Positions 46,408-56,681 of a stretch of 64,000 nt of DNA are shown piece after piece. The DNA lies in the NCBI GenBank assembly GCA_025998875.1, contig AP024675.1:821589-885588 (forward strand), in the 5' to 3' direction. A program made the translations under genes and the position numbers. The notes under the pieces were generated by a model. The model did not search any database, was not told where the DNA came from, and worked only from the letters and a program-made list of their open reading frames with translations. Each line of letters begins with the position of its first letter. Position 1 is the first letter of the stretch. Origin of the DNA: Bacteroidota bacterium (GTDB lineage Bacteria; Bacteroidota; Rhodothermia; JANXDC01).

Positions 46408-47759
46408 TCCAGAGCCAGCACCAGGCGTTTGAAGGTCTCTCCCCGATGCTCGTAGTTCTCGAACATATCGAAACTGGCACAAGCCGGGCTGAGCAGGACC
46501 ACCTCCCCCGGACGTGCCAGCGCACGCGCAGCCCGAACCGCATCTTCCATGGAGCGAGCCGGCACGGTCACCTCGACCAGCCCGCCGAGCTCCTCCTCTA
46601 TCTTGCGGGCTGACTCTCCGATGGTGATCAGCACCCGCACCTTACGGGCCACCAGAGGCTTGATCTTGCTGTAATCATTGCCCTTGTCCCGCCCCCCCAT
46701 GATGAGCACGATGGGCTGCTCGAAACTCTCCAGCGCATACCAGACGGAGTTCACGTTTGTCGCCTTGGAGTCGTTGATGTATATCACCCCATCGAGCTGG
46801 CGCACGAACTCCAGCCGGTGCGGCACGCCCTGGAAGGTCTGAAAACTCTCCCGGAGCACATCCTGCCGGATCTCCATGATCCGCGCTGCCAGCGCCGCAG
46901 CCAGGGAGTTGTAGATGTTGTGCCGTCCACGCACGTTGAGCTGCTCCATGGCGATACTCCACTCCTCCTGGTTCCAACGAATGACGAGCTCCCGACCCCG
47001 CAGAAAAGCGCCCTCGGAGAGCTCCAGGTTCTGGCTGAAGGCCAAGGCACGGGGCCTGAGCATGGACTCCTTGAGATGGGCGACGATGACCGGATCGTCG
47101 GCGTTGTAGAGGAAGAAATCCCCCTCGGTCTGATTTTCCAGGATACGGAACTTGGCCTGCACGTACCGGAAGAAATCCCCCCCGTAGCGATCCAGATGAT
47201 CCGGCGTAATGTTCAAGATCATCGCCAGATGCGGTCGAAAAGTGGCAATGTGGTCGAGCTGAAAGCTCGAGACCTCCAGCACCACGACGTGTTGCGGGGT
47301 GAGCTCGAGCACAAAATCCGAAAACGGGGCTCCGATGTTGCCTGCCACCACGGTGGGGCGCCCGGAATGCCGCAGTATATGCCCGAGTAGGCTCGTCGTT
47401 GTGGTCTTGCCGTTGGTCCCCGTAATGGCCACTATGGGGGCCGGACAGAACCAGGAGGCCACCTCGATTTCGCTGTAGATCGGCACCCCCCGCTCTCGCA
47501 GAGCCCTCACGATGGGCGCCTCATCCGGCACCCCGGGGCTGATCACAGCCCAGTGGGCCTCCAGGGCGCGCTCGCTATGCCCCCCCTCTTCGTACGGAAT
47601 GCCGGCCCGCTCCAGCGCCAGGCGCGTCTGTTGCGGCAACGTGGCCCGTTCGGTCACAAACACATGAGCCCCGAGCCGGCTCAGCAACTCCGCTGCCGCC
47701 CGCCCGCTACGAGCCCCCCCGATAACCGTCACCCGCTGCCCGGATACCTGAGCGCGCAT
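46404..47759 (-). CDS. murD: UDP-MurNAc-L-Ala--D-glutamate ligase
   Basis: SPGVP, TGTNGKTTT, EVSSFQL, NDSKATN, LLSPACASFD. Confidence 0.97.
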   Translation of the reverse strand: MRAQVSGQRVTVIGGARSGRAAAELLSRLGAHVFVTERATLPQQTRLALERAGIPYEEGGHSERALEAHWAVISPGVPDEAPIVRALRERGVPIYSEIEVASWFCPAPIVAITGTNGKTTTTSLLGHILRHSGRPTVVAGNIGAPFSDFVLELTPQHVVVLEVSSFQLDHIATFRPHLAMILNITPDHLDRYGGDFFRYVQAKFRILENQTEGDFFLYNADDPVIVAHLKESMLRPRALAFSQNLELSEGAFLRGRELVIRWNQEEWSIAMEQLNVRGRHNIYNSLAAALAARIMEIRQDVLRESFQTFQGVPHRLEFVRQLDGVIYINDSKATNVNSVWYALESFEQPIVLIMGGRDKGNDYSKIKPLVARKVRVLITIGESARKIEEELGGLVEVTVPARSMEDAVRAARALARPGEVVLLSPACASFDMFENYEHRGETFKRLVLALE

Positions 47760-47763
47760 ACCC

Positions 47764-48912
47764 TCACCGCAACTTCAGCGTGATGATCGTGAAAATGGCC
47801 AGCACCACCGTGATGATCCAGAAACGCACAACCACCTTGGCCTCATGCCACCCTTTGAGCTCGAAGTGGTGATGGAGCGGGGCCATCCGAAAAATGCGTC
47901 TGCCGTGCCCGTAACGACGCCGTGTGTATTTGAAATACGTCGTCTGAATGATCACCGAGAGCGTCTCCAGAAAGAAAATGCCGCACAGGATCGGCAGCAG
48001 TAGCTCCTTACGAACCAGAATAGCGATCGTACCGATAGCAGCCCCCAGGGTGAGCGAACCGGTATCCCCCATGAAAACCTGAGCCGGATAGGCGTTATAC
48101 CACAGAAAGCCCAGACATGCCCCCACCATGGCACCCACATAGATGGACAGCTCCCCCGCCCCGGGCAGATAGAGGATGTCGAGGTAACGAGAAAAGTCCA
48201 CACGCCCGGACACGTAGGCCAGTATCGCCAGCGCGATCCCCACGATCGCCGTCGTACCGGCTGCCAGACCGTCGAGCCCATCGGTGAGGTTTACCGCATT
48301 GGATACGGCCGTGATAATGAAGGTGACCACGGGAATGTAGATGAGCCATCCCAGGTCTACACCCTGGATCCAGTGACGAAGGAAGTTGTAATCCAGCTCC
48401 CCCTGCTTGACAAACGGGACCGTGGTCACGGTCCGAAACCCCTCGAAGGCCGGGTGTATGTAGAGAATCATCCCGACCAGAACACCCAGGGAGAGTTGGC
48501 CGATCAGCTTGGTTCGCTTCCGCAATCCCGCTTTGTTGCCCTTGACCACTTTGATGTAGTCGTCCAGAAAACCCACCAGGCCCATCCAGACCGTGACCAG
48601 CGCCATCGTCCAGGTGTAGATCGAGGACCAATCGCCCCATAACAGCAGCGGAATCAGGATGGCGACTAAAATGAGCAATCCGCCCATGGTCGGGGTACCG
48701 GCCTTGTGTTGATGGGAGGCCGGGCCCAGATCGCGGATCCGCTCCCCGATCTGACGCCGCCGCAGCGCCTCGATGAGGGGGTTGCCGAGCAGTAAGGCGA
48801 TGGCCAGGGCCGATAGAGCCGCCAGGCCGGCCCGAACGGATATATAGCCAAACACCCCGAATCCGGGCGGGGCGTAGGTGCGTTCTAGCCAGGCGAGCAG
48901 TTCGTAGAGCAC
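47764..48912 (-). CDS. mraY: Phospho-N-acetylmuramoyl-pentapeptide transferase
   Basis: KAGTPTMGG, LDDYIK, NAVNLTDGLDG, FMGDTGS, MAPLHHHFE; GTG start after GGAGG. Confidence 0.97.
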   Translation of the reverse strand: MLYELLAWLERTYAPPGFGVFGYISVRAGLAALSALAIALLLGNPLIEALRRRQIGERIRDLGPASHQHKAGTPTMGGLLILVAILIPLLLWGDWSSIYTWTMALVTVWMGLVGFLDDYIKVVKGNKAGLRKRTKLIGQLSLGVLVGMILYIHPAFEGFRTVTTVPFVKQGELDYNFLRHWIQGVDLGWLIYIPVVTFIITAVSNAVNLTDGLDGLAAGTTAIVGIALAILAYVSGRVDFSRYLDILYLPGAGELSIYVGAMVGACLGFLWYNAYPAQVFMGDTGSLTLGAAIGTIAILVRKELLLPILCGIFFLETLSVIIQTTYFKYTRRRYGHGRRIFRMAPLHHHFELKGWHEAKVVVRFWIITVVLAIFTIITLKLR

Positions 48913-48913
48913 G

Positions 48914-50371
48914 CTACCTCCCTCTTTCTCGGAAGGCCTGTTCCAGCTCCCAGCGGTCGTCAAAGGGGCGCTTTTCCTGACCAATTACCTGATAGGTCTC
49001 ATGCCCCTTGCCGGCCACAAGCACCACATCGCCCGAACGGGCCTGCAGAGCCGCCCATCGGATCGCCTCGCGCCGGTCCATGATGCGCGCGGCGCGGTCC
49101 GGGTGCCGCATACCGGCCTGGATCTCATCGAGAATAGCTTCGGGATCCTCACTGCGCGGGTTATCGCTCGTCAGGATCACCACATCGGCGTACTCCTCGG
49201 CGATCTGCCCCATGATGGGGCGTTTGCCCCGGTCTCGATCCCCCCCGCAACCGAAGACCAGCCAGAGACGTCCTGCTGCGGGCATATCGGCCCGAAGCGC
49301 CCGTAGTACGTTCTCGAGCGCATCCGGACTATGGGCATAATCGACGATCCCGATGACCCCGTCGGAACTCACCACCCGCTCGAAACGCCCCGGAACCGGC
49401 GGGCAAGTGCTCAAGACCGCCAGCGCCCGATGGGATTCCAGCCCCGCTTCCACCAGGGCCGCCCAAGCGGCCAGGATGTTGTAGACATTGAAGCGGCCCA
49501 CCAACCGAAAAGCGTACTCATGCCCTCCGGCCCGGAGCCGAATCCCGTCAAGGGAATGCTCCAGGACCTCGACCTGATAAGCCGCCGGCGTCTCTATACC
49601 ATAGGAAACCACCCGACGGGCGGGGCTGTCGGCCACGATGGCCGGACCCCATGGGTCGTCCGCGTTGTAGATGGCCACGGCATCGGGCCGTAGCCCATCA
49701 AAGAGCTTCTTTTTGGCCGCGAAGTACGCCTCCATGGTGCCGTGATAATCCAGGTGATCCCGGCTCAGGTTCGTGAACACGGCCACCTGAAAGGGGAGAC
49801 CCCAGACGCGATCCTGATCCAGCGCATGCGAAGAGACCTCCATCACGGCTGCCCGCCCCCCATGCTGCACGATGCGCGCCAGCAGGCCGTACAGATCCAG
49901 CGACTCCGGAGTGGTATGCACCGCATCCTCGATCTCCCCGACCAGATCATAGCGCACCGTGCCAATGAGCCCGGCGGGCATACCGCTCTGCTGCAAGCCA
50001 TACTGGATCAGATGCGTGGTGGTGGTTTTGCCATTGGTGCCTGTCACCCCGACGAGCAACAGGCGCTTTTCCGGGTGCCCGTAGTAGACGGCCGCCATTT
50101 GCGCCAGCGCCCTCCGGCTATGGGGCACCCGTACATAGACGACCCCCCGATCCCGGTACTCGGGCAACTCTTCGAGCACCACGGCCACAGCCCCCCGCCG
50201 GACGGCCTCACCCACGAATCGGTGGCCGTCGGTCTGGCTGCCCTTCAGCGCTACAAAGACGCTTCCCGGACGCGCCCGGCGGGAATCATAAACGATATCG
50301 ACGGCCTCCCGCTCGAGATCGCCCTGCACCTCGAGCACTTCAAGGGGCGCTATGAGGGTCTGCAGGCGCAT
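48914..50371 (-). CDS. murE: UDP-MurNAc-dipeptide--diaminopimelate ligase
   Basis: GTNGKTTT, MEVSSH, DHLDYH, DYAHSPD, DNPR (meso-DAP specificity motif), AGKGHE. Confidence 0.96.
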   Translation of the reverse strand: MRLQTLIAPLEVLEVQGDLEREAVDIVYDSRRARPGSVFVALKGSQTDGHRFVGEAVRRGAVAVVLEELPEYRDRGVVYVRVPHSRRALAQMAAVYYGHPEKRLLLVGVTGTNGKTTTTHLIQYGLQQSGMPAGLIGTVRYDLVGEIEDAVHTTPESLDLYGLLARIVQHGGRAAVMEVSSHALDQDRVWGLPFQVAVFTNLSRDHLDYHGTMEAYFAAKKKLFDGLRPDAVAIYNADDPWGPAIVADSPARRVVSYGIETPAAYQVEVLEHSLDGIRLRAGGHEYAFRLVGRFNVYNILAAWAALVEAGLESHRALAVLSTCPPVPGRFERVVSSDGVIGIVDYAHSPDALENVLRALRADMPAAGRLWLVFGCGGDRDRGKRPIMGQIAEEYADVVILTSDNPRSEDPEAILDEIQAGMRHPDRAARIMDRREAIRWAALQARSGDVVLVAGKGHETYQVIGQEKRPFDDRWELEQAFRERGR

Positions 50372-50373
50372 AC

Positions 50374-52455
50374 TTATTTCCAACCCGCTATGAGATGCAC
50401 TCGTGGGGGAATCGCCGCGCCCGGGTTGGGCTCCTGGCGGACCACCTTTCCCCACCCTTCCCACCTGACCCGGACCCCGCTGCGCTCCAGCGCCTCCACG
50501 GCCCATCGAAGCGGTAAGCCGACCAACTCCGGCATAGGCCCGGGACGCCTGAGACTCCGAACGCGAACAGCAGAACCCACCGGCACCAGGGTTCCTGGAC
50601 GGGGCTGCTGCTCCTGTACCCAGCCCGCCTCCTCTTCGGAGGCCTCAAGCTTTAGGTATAACGCCGCGCAGAGTTCCTGCGCCTGCTCGAGGGGAAGGCC
50701 TACGAGATTGGGCACAGGCAGCCGTGCCTCCGCAGGATATCCGTCCGCCTGCGCCGAAGAGGCCAGCAAACGCTGCACGTCCGGCATAAGCCCGCCCAAC
50801 CGATAGGCGATGCGGCGGAACACCGGAGCAACCACCTCGCCGGCATAGTAGGCTCCCCGGGGATGCCCGATCATGACCAGAAGAACAGCCCGCGGCTCCT
50901 GAGCGGGGAAAAACCCCACAAACATGGCCCGGTATTGAGCCTCATAGCGGCCTTCCTGCACCACCTTGGCCGTTCCCGTTTTGCCCGCCACGGAGAGTTC
51001 TTCCAGGCGAGCTCGCACTCCGGTTCCCCGCTCAACCACCTGCATGAGCAATTCGCGCATGATACGAGCGCTTTCAGGAGAACAGACGCGACGGGTCACC
51101 TGGGGTCGCGTAATCCATCGACGCCCCGTGTTGGGATCCCTGCGCTCGGCGACCAGATAAGGCCGCATCAGCAATCCGCCGTTGGCCACGGCCGCATAAG
51201 CGCAGAGAAGCTGAAGCGGCGTCACAGCCACCTCGTAGCCAATGGCCATCCAGTACAGAGTCGTGCCCGACCACTGCGAGGGCTTTTTCAAACGCCCCCC
51301 GACCTCGCCCGGCAGATCAATGCCCGTCCGGCTACCGAAACCCAGATTACGGGCCATCTGATAGAGCGCCCCCTTTCCGGCGCGCTCGGCCACATGCGCC
51401 AGCGCCACGTTGCTGGAACGAGCCAGCGCTTCGGCGAGGCTGATCGCTCCCCAGTCCTCGGGATCGCGCATCACAATTCCGCGAAATACCCCGAATCCGG
51501 AGGGAAAGCGCATCTCCGGACGCACCACCCCCCGTTCTAGAGCGGCCAGAGCGGTGACGAGCTTGAACGTCGATCCAGGCTCCAGGGGATCGGTGATGGC
51601 CCGGTTACGCAGCCATTCCACAGGAACTGCCCCCGGACGATTGGGATCATAGGTCGGGTACACGGCCCAGGCCCGAATCGCCCCTGTATGCGGATCCATA
51701 AGGATGGCCACCCCCCAGTCGGCGCCCGCCGTGCGCACCCCATTGGCCAGTTCCGCCTCCACAATAGCCTGTTTACGCAGATCCAGGGTGAGCACGACAT
51801 CCTGGCCATGGTGGGGCTCGACCTCCGGAGCACCCACCAAGGGACGCAGTCGGCCCAATCGGTCGCGCCGCACCAGCCGACGACCCGGATGCCCCCGTAG
51901 GAGAGAATCGTAGTAGGCCTCGACGCCGGCTACCCCGTTGCCCTCGAGGTTCACGTAGCCGAGCACATGGGCCGCAAGCTGCCGATACGGATAGGTTCGC
52001 TCCAGTCGCCGCTCCAGAATGAGCCCGGGCCAGCGTTCCCGCTCCAGTTGCCTGGCCTCCTGCTCCGGCAGACCGGACTCCAGGAGCACATATCGAGCGC
52101 TGCCGGCCTGGCGCACCCGCCGGGCATAGAAGTCCGGATCCCGACCAGAAAATTGAGCGAGACGATTGTACAAGGCCGATGCAGACTCGGCAAAGCGGGA
52201 CACTTTCGGGTCTACGGCCACCCGATAACGCACCTCCAGGGTAGCCAGCACCCTTCCCTGGCTATCGTAGATCGCCCCGCGCCGTGCGGGAATGTCCACA
52301 TGCCGATAGGCCTGCTGCTGGCCCAGCTGGCGCCACCGGAAGCCCTCGAGGAGCTGAATCTGCACAAGACGCCCGAGCAGGATCGGGAAACCCAGCAGAA
52401 GAATCAGCCCCACCAGAAGGAGGCGACGCCGCATCTGAACGGATTCTTTGCTCAT
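50374..52455 (-). CDS. ftsI: Class B penicillin-binding protein FtsI with PASTA domains
   Basis: RRGAIYD, EPGSTFK (SxxK), SSN (SxN), KTGTA, C-terminal PASTA repeats (VPNLVG, MPELVG). Confidence 0.93.
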   Translation of the reverse strand: MSKESVQMRRRLLLVGLILLLGFPILLGRLVQIQLLEGFRWRQLGQQQAYRHVDIPARRGAIYDSQGRVLATLEVRYRVAVDPKVSRFAESASALYNRLAQFSGRDPDFYARRVRQAGSARYVLLESGLPEQEARQLERERWPGLILERRLERTYPYRQLAAHVLGYVNLEGNGVAGVEAYYDSLLRGHPGRRLVRRDRLGRLRPLVGAPEVEPHHGQDVVLTLDLRKQAIVEAELANGVRTAGADWGVAILMDPHTGAIRAWAVYPTYDPNRPGAVPVEWLRNRAITDPLEPGSTFKLVTALAALERGVVRPEMRFPSGFGVFRGIVMRDPEDWGAISLAEALARSSNVALAHVAERAGKGALYQMARNLGFGSRTGIDLPGEVGGRLKKPSQWSGTTLYWMAIGYEVAVTPLQLLCAYAAVANGGLLMRPYLVAERRDPNTGRRWITRPQVTRRVCSPESARIMRELLMQVVERGTGVRARLEELSVAGKTGTAKVVQEGRYEAQYRAMFVGFFPAQEPRAVLLVMIGHPRGAYYAGEVVAPVFRRIAYRLGGLMPDVQRLLASSAQADGYPAEARLPVPNLVGLPLEQAQELCAALYLKLEASEEEAGWVQEQQPRPGTLVPVGSAVRVRSLRRPGPMPELVGLPLRWAVEALERSGVRVRWEGWGKVVRQEPNPGAAIPPRVHLIAGWK

Positions 52456-52817
52456 TGCTCGAAATAGAGCTCACGATAACGCAGGTCCTCGATTAGCCCC
52501 AGAGCGTTGGCCGCCTCGTAAATCCGGGATGGCGCGGTGAGGCGATAGTACTCGTGTTCGAGTAGTGCTTTTTGCGCCTGTAGGGACTCATGCTCTCGGC
52601 GGATCTGGGCCAGCTCCTCGGCCAGAACCTGGACCCGCAGCACGTGCCAGATGTAGGCGGCCCCGAGCAACAGTAACCCGAAAAACCACATCAACCCGGA
52701 CCATCCGCTCCGCTTGTGCAAGACGGCCCCTGCTGTCGGTCTCCGGCCGGGGCGCGGTCGAGCCCGGACTGTCCGCCTCGGTGGCAAAACCTGTCCCTGA
52801 TTGACATAGCGACTCAT
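52452..52817 (-). CDS. ftsL: Cell division protein FtsL-like
   Basis: Basic N-terminus, one TM, coiled coil, RI...A..LGL; lies between rsmH and ftsI. Confidence 0.75.
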   Translation of the reverse strand: MSRYVNQGQVLPPRRTVRARPRPGRRPTAGAVLHKRSGWSGLMWFFGLLLLGAAYIWHVLRVQVLAEELAQIRREHESLQAQKALLEHEYYRLTAPSRIYEAANALGLIEDLRYRELYFEQ

Positions 52818-53731
52818 GGGCTATCCTCCAGCCGTTCGGCTACGCGCATGCGGGCACTGCGCGCCCGAGGGTTGCGAGCCACCTCGAGCGGGTCTGGGCG
52901 TACCGGCTTTTCGGTAAGCATACGCCAGGGTCGCCTTAGAACCCCCTTCAGATCGCGTATCGGTCTGCCCTCCGGGTTTCCGTAGCACATCAGGCGCTTG
53001 ACCAGTCGATCCTCAAGAGAGTGGTAACTGAGGACCACCAGCCTTCCCCCCGGCCGCACCCAGTGTGCGATGCTCACCAGAAAGCGCTCCAGGGCCCCGA
53101 GTTCGTCATTGACCTCGATCCGGATGGCCTGAAAGACCCTGGCCAGGGTCTGCAGACGCTCCGGTTCAGGCACCACGGCTTCTATGGCATGGCGCAACTG
53201 CATCGTGTCGCGCAGTGGCCTTTTTGCCACGATACTCCGCGCAATCCGACGTGCGCGAGGTTCCTCCCCGTAGCGCCGGATCAGCCGCTCCAGCTCGTGG
53301 AGCGAGTAGGTGTTGACGACCAGCTCGGCGGTAAGCGGTCGGCTGCGATCCATGCGCATATCCAGCGGACCCGGCACCCGAAAGCTGAAACCTCGCTCCG
53401 GGGAGTCCAGGAAATAGGATGACACCCCCAGATCGGCCAGCACCCCATCGAGCAACTCGACCCCGAGCTGCTGCAGGAGGATATCGACATCAGCGAAGTT
53501 GCCGTGCAGCAGGTGCACCCGCTTGCCGAAACGGGCCAACCTCTGACGGGCCGCCCGGAGGGCATCGACATCCTGATCGATACCGATCAGCCTTCCCTTC
53601 GGTCCGAGCCGGCTTAACAGCGCACAGGCGTGCCCGCCGCCCCCGATGGTGGCATCCAGATAGACGCCGTCCGAACGGACGAAGACGGCCTCTACGGCGG
53701 CCTCCCACAGGACGGGCTCATGATGGTACAT
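52814..53731 (-). CDS. rsmH: 16S rRNA m4C1402 methyltransferase RsmH
   Basis: HEPVL, DATIGGGGH, DLGVSS, PLDMRM, FQAIRIEVN, SYHSLEDR, NPRARSA; TGATG coupling to mraZ. Confidence 0.96.
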   Translation of the reverse strand: MYHHEPVLWEAAVEAVFVRSDGVYLDATIGGGGHACALLSRLGPKGRLIGIDQDVDALRAARQRLARFGKRVHLLHGNFADVDILLQQLGVELLDGVLADLGVSSYFLDSPERGFSFRVPGPLDMRMDRSRPLTAELVVNTYSLHELERLIRRYGEEPRARRIARSIVAKRPLRDTMQLRHAIEAVVPEPERLQTLARVFQAIRIEVNDELGALERFLVSIAHWVRPGGRLVVLSYHSLEDRLVKRLMCYGNPEGRPIRDLKGVLRRPWRMLTEKPVRPDPLEVARNPRARSARMRVAERLEDSP

Positions 53732-54174
53732 CACGAAGTTCCCATAACCCATTCGGCCACCTGACCGAACTGCTCCGGTGAAAGCTGATGCTGGGCAAAG
53801 CGCTCCGGACTCCAGAGCTCGATGCGATCGAGCATACCGAGGATGATGACCCGATTTTGGATGCCGGCCCATTCCAGGTGCTCCCGAGGAATCATGATGC
53901 GGTGCTGCCCATCCAGTTCCACGTCTTCGGCCCAAGCCAGGAATTCGCGCAGAAAAAGCCGCACCTGCTGCTGGTAGAGGTTGTGCTGCCGAAGCTGCGC
54001 CTCGATCCGCTGCCAGACATCGGCAGGGTAGAGAACCAGACATGGATCCTCTCCCCGGGTGACGACAAAACGCCCTTCGGCCTCGGGGCTGAGGGATCGA
54101 CGCAGCTTATAGGGCAGCATAATCCGCCCCTTTTCATCAACGGCGTAATCATATCGGCCTTTGAAGCTGGGCAT
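53731..54174 (-). CDS. mraZ: Transcriptional regulator MraZ
   Basis: Duplicated DxxxR motifs (VDEKGRI, LDGQHRI), IELW; first gene of the dcw cluster. Confidence 0.95.
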   Translation of the reverse strand: MPSFKGRYDYAVDEKGRIMLPYKLRRSLSPEAEGRFVVTRGEDPCLVLYPADVWQRIEAQLRQHNLYQQQVRLFLREFLAWAEDVELDGQHRIMIPREHLEWAGIQNRVIILGMLDRIELWSPERFAQHQLSPEQFGQVAEWVMGTS

Positions 54175-54186
54175 TCAAAAAGACCC

Positions 54187-54225
54187 GCCAAAGCCCACCA
54201 CTTTCTACCACAAATTCCTATCACC
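54187..54225 (-). promoter_or_regulatory. MraZ-binding direct repeats
   Basis: Minus strand ATAG-GAATTT-GTGG-TAGAAA-GTGG-TGGGCT-TTGG: GTGG-like units with 10-bp period just upstream of mraZ, as known for MraZ operators. Confidence 0.7.
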
Positions 54226-54227
54226 GG

Positions 54228-54257
54228 CGAATTTAGCGTCTAAAGAGCAAAAGTCAA
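54228..54257 (-). promoter_or_regulatory. dcw (mra) promoter
   Basis: Minus strand TTGACT-16 bp-TAAATTCG directly upstream of the MraZ repeats. Confidence 0.65.
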
Positions 54258-54418
54258 CCCCCATGAGTCTCTAAGCGGACTTTACCTATTTGTTTTTATA
54301 TTCGACGTAATTTTTTGATCTTTGTGTGAAAAACAAAAGTCGTAAAATAAAAAAGCAAAATATGGCGCCTAAAGACAAAATCCACACAAAGCGGGCCCCG
54401 GAGGCAGGGGACCGGTTT

Positions 54419-55876
54419 TTACCGGGAGGACACGATTTCGGGGGTTTCCTCGAAGCGCACGTTGATGTGTCGGGCCGCGTAGGCGTCGTCCAACCGACGC
54501 ACAGGGGTCGTATGCGGGGCGGTTCGGAGTAGCTCTGGCCGGGTCTCGGCCTCGTGGGCGATCTGAATCATCGCCTCCACGAAGGCATCCAGCGTTTCTT
54601 TGGACTCCGTTTCCGTGGGCTCGATCATGAGCGCCTCGGGCACGATGAGAGGGAAGTAAATGGTGGGCGCATGAAAGCCGTAATCCAGAATGCGCTTGGC
54701 TATATCCAGCGTACGCACGCCGTGGGCTTTCTGCCGTGTCCCGCTGAGCACGCACTCATGCATCACGGGGCCCGGATAGGGGGCTTCGTAGTAGGGACGC
54801 AAGCGGTGAAGCAGGTAATTGGCATTTAGAATGGCGTGTTCGCTCACCCGGCGCAGTCCCTCCGGGCCGTGCATGCGGATGTAGACGTAGGCCCGCACGA
54901 ACATACCGAAGTGCCCCCAGAAAGTGTGCACCTTGCCTATGCTCTGCCGATTACCCCAGTCAAGCCAGTACCGATCCCCATCGCGACGCACCTCGGGTTT
55001 GGGAAGGAAATCCCGCAACCGCTCCCCCACGGCCACAGGACCGCTTCCGGGTCCGCCCCCGCCATGGGGGGTGGAGAAGGTTTTGTGCAGGTTGATATGC
55101 ACCACATCGAAGCCCATATCCCCGGGCCGCACAATGCCCAGCAGGGCGTTTAGATTGGCCCCATCCATGTAGAGCAACCCGCCCACGCCGTGCACCAGGC
55201 GTTCGATCTCCAGAATCTGGCGTTCAAACAAGCCCAGCGTGTTTGGGTTGGTCAGCATAAACCCCGCCACATCCTCATCAAGATGCCGCCGGAGATCTTC
55301 TAGATCCGTCAGTCCGTTTTCGTGGGAGCGGATGTTGACGACCTCATATCCTGCGATGCGCACGCTGGCGGGATTGGTACCGTGGGCGGAATCCGGAATC
55401 AGAATTTTGCGACGAAGGCGCCCCTGTCGTTCATGATAGCGACGAAACAGCAATAGGCCCGTTAACTCGCCCTGGCTGCCCGCGGCCGGCTGCAGAGATA
55501 CGGCCTGCATGCCCGTGATCTCTTTGAGCAGCTCCTGGAGTTCGTACATGAGCCGGAGGGCCCCCTGCACGGCCCTTTCCGGCTCCAGCGGGTGCAGGCT
55601 CGTCCATCCGGGCAGCGCGGCCAGGCGCTCGTTGACCTTGGGGTTGTATTTCATCGTACAGGAGCCCAGAGGATAAAACCCCCTGTCGATATGAAAGTTC
55701 AGCGTAGAGAGCCGCACAAAGTGGCGCACCACCTCCGGCTCGCTCATCTCCGGCAACGCGGCGGGTTGACGACGCAACCAGGGTTCAGGAAGCGCGCTGC
55801 GCGGCACATCCAGCTCCGGAAGGGTGTAGCCTCGGCGACCATGCCGGCTTTTTTCAAACAACAACGGCTCGGACAT
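54419..55876 (-). CDS. gcvPB: Glycine dehydrogenase (decarboxylating) subunit 2
   Basis: [48 protein letters not shown]. Confidence 0.96.
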   Translation of the reverse strand: MSEPLLFEKSRHGRRGYTLPELDVPRSALPEPWLRRQPAALPEMSEPEVVRHFVRLSTLNFHIDRGFYPLGSCTMKYNPKVNERLAALPGWTSLHPLEPERAVQGALRLMYELQELLKEITGMQAVSLQPAAGSQGELTGLLLFRRYHERQGRLRRKILIPDSAHGTNPASVRIAGYEVVNIRSHENGLTDLEDLRRHLDEDVAGFMLTNPNTLGLFERQILEIERLVHGVGGLLYMDGANLNALLGIVRPGDMGFDVVHINLHKTFSTPHGGGGPGSGPVAVGERLRDFLPKPEVRRDGDRYWLDWGNRQSIGKVHTFWGHFGMFVRAYVYIRMHGPEGLRRVSEHAILNANYLLHRLRPYYEAPYPGPVMHECVLSGTRQKAHGVRTLDIAKRILDYGFHAPTIYFPLIVPEALMIEPTETESKETLDAFVEAMIQIAHEAETRPELLRTAPHTTPVRRLDDAYAARHINVRFEETPEIVSSR

Positions 55877-55894
55877 ACGATCCCTCTGTCGGCT

Positions 55895-56635
55895 TTATGG
55901 GGTCTTTCCGGTCAGCATCATCCAGGCCTGACGAGCGGCCTCCTGTTCAGCGGCCTTCTTGCTGCGGCCGGTACCGGTACCCAGCGCCCGCCCCTCGACC
56001 CACACGCTCACGGTGAACTCCCGCGCGTGACTGGGTCCGCGCTCTTCTTCCACCCGATAAAACGGAGGGGCCCACCCGCGGGCCTGGGCGAACTCCAGAA
56101 GCAGGCTTTTGTAATTGTCCTCCTGCGCAAGCACGCGCTCCAGATCGCCCTCGCGCAGTAGGCGCCAGAGGAAATACCGTGCCGCCTCGAAGCCCTGATC
56201 CAGAAATATGGCGCCGATCAGCGCCTCAAGGGCGTCGGCCAGCACCGTAGCGTTATATCGCGCCCCGGCGGCCTCGGCTTGAGCGCCGAGCTCAAGCAGG
56301 TCCGGAAGGCCCAGCGCCTTGGCGTATCGGGCCAGATTACGCCCATTGACCAGCTGACTCCGATAGCGCGTCAAGGTGCCCTCATCGGCCTCCGGAAAGC
56401 GGTGAAAAAGAAAATCCGCCACCACCAGCCCCAGCACGGCATCGCCCAGATATTCCAGCCGCTCATACGAACGTCCCCCGAAGGCCACCGAACGATGGCG
56501 AAGCGCCTCCTCAAATAGCTCCCAGCGCCGTACAGGGACGCCCAGCAGGGCCTCGACCCGCTCGCGCCGAGAGCGCCTCGGCGTCTCGGACCCGGAGCGC
56601 AACCATCGGAGGAGCAGTCGCCGGATCCATTTCAT
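55895..56635 (-). CDS. rnc: Ribonuclease III
   Basis: ERLEYLGDAVL signature, ADALEALIGAIFLD, dsRBD GRSKKAAEQEAA. Confidence 0.97.
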   Translation of the reverse strand: MKWIRRLLLRWLRSGSETPRRSRRERVEALLGVPVRRWELFEEALRHRSVAFGGRSYERLEYLGDAVLGLVVADFLFHRFPEADEGTLTRYRSQLVNGRNLARYAKALGLPDLLELGAQAEAAGARYNATVLADALEALIGAIFLDQGFEAARYFLWRLLREGDLERVLAQEDNYKSLLLEFAQARGWAPPFYRVEEERGPSHAREFTVSVWVEGRALGTGTGRSKKAAEQEAARQAWMMLTGKTP

Positions 56636-56681
56636 CGCCTGTTTTCTGGTTTAAACACAGCAAGCGCGGCTTTTCGTTTCT

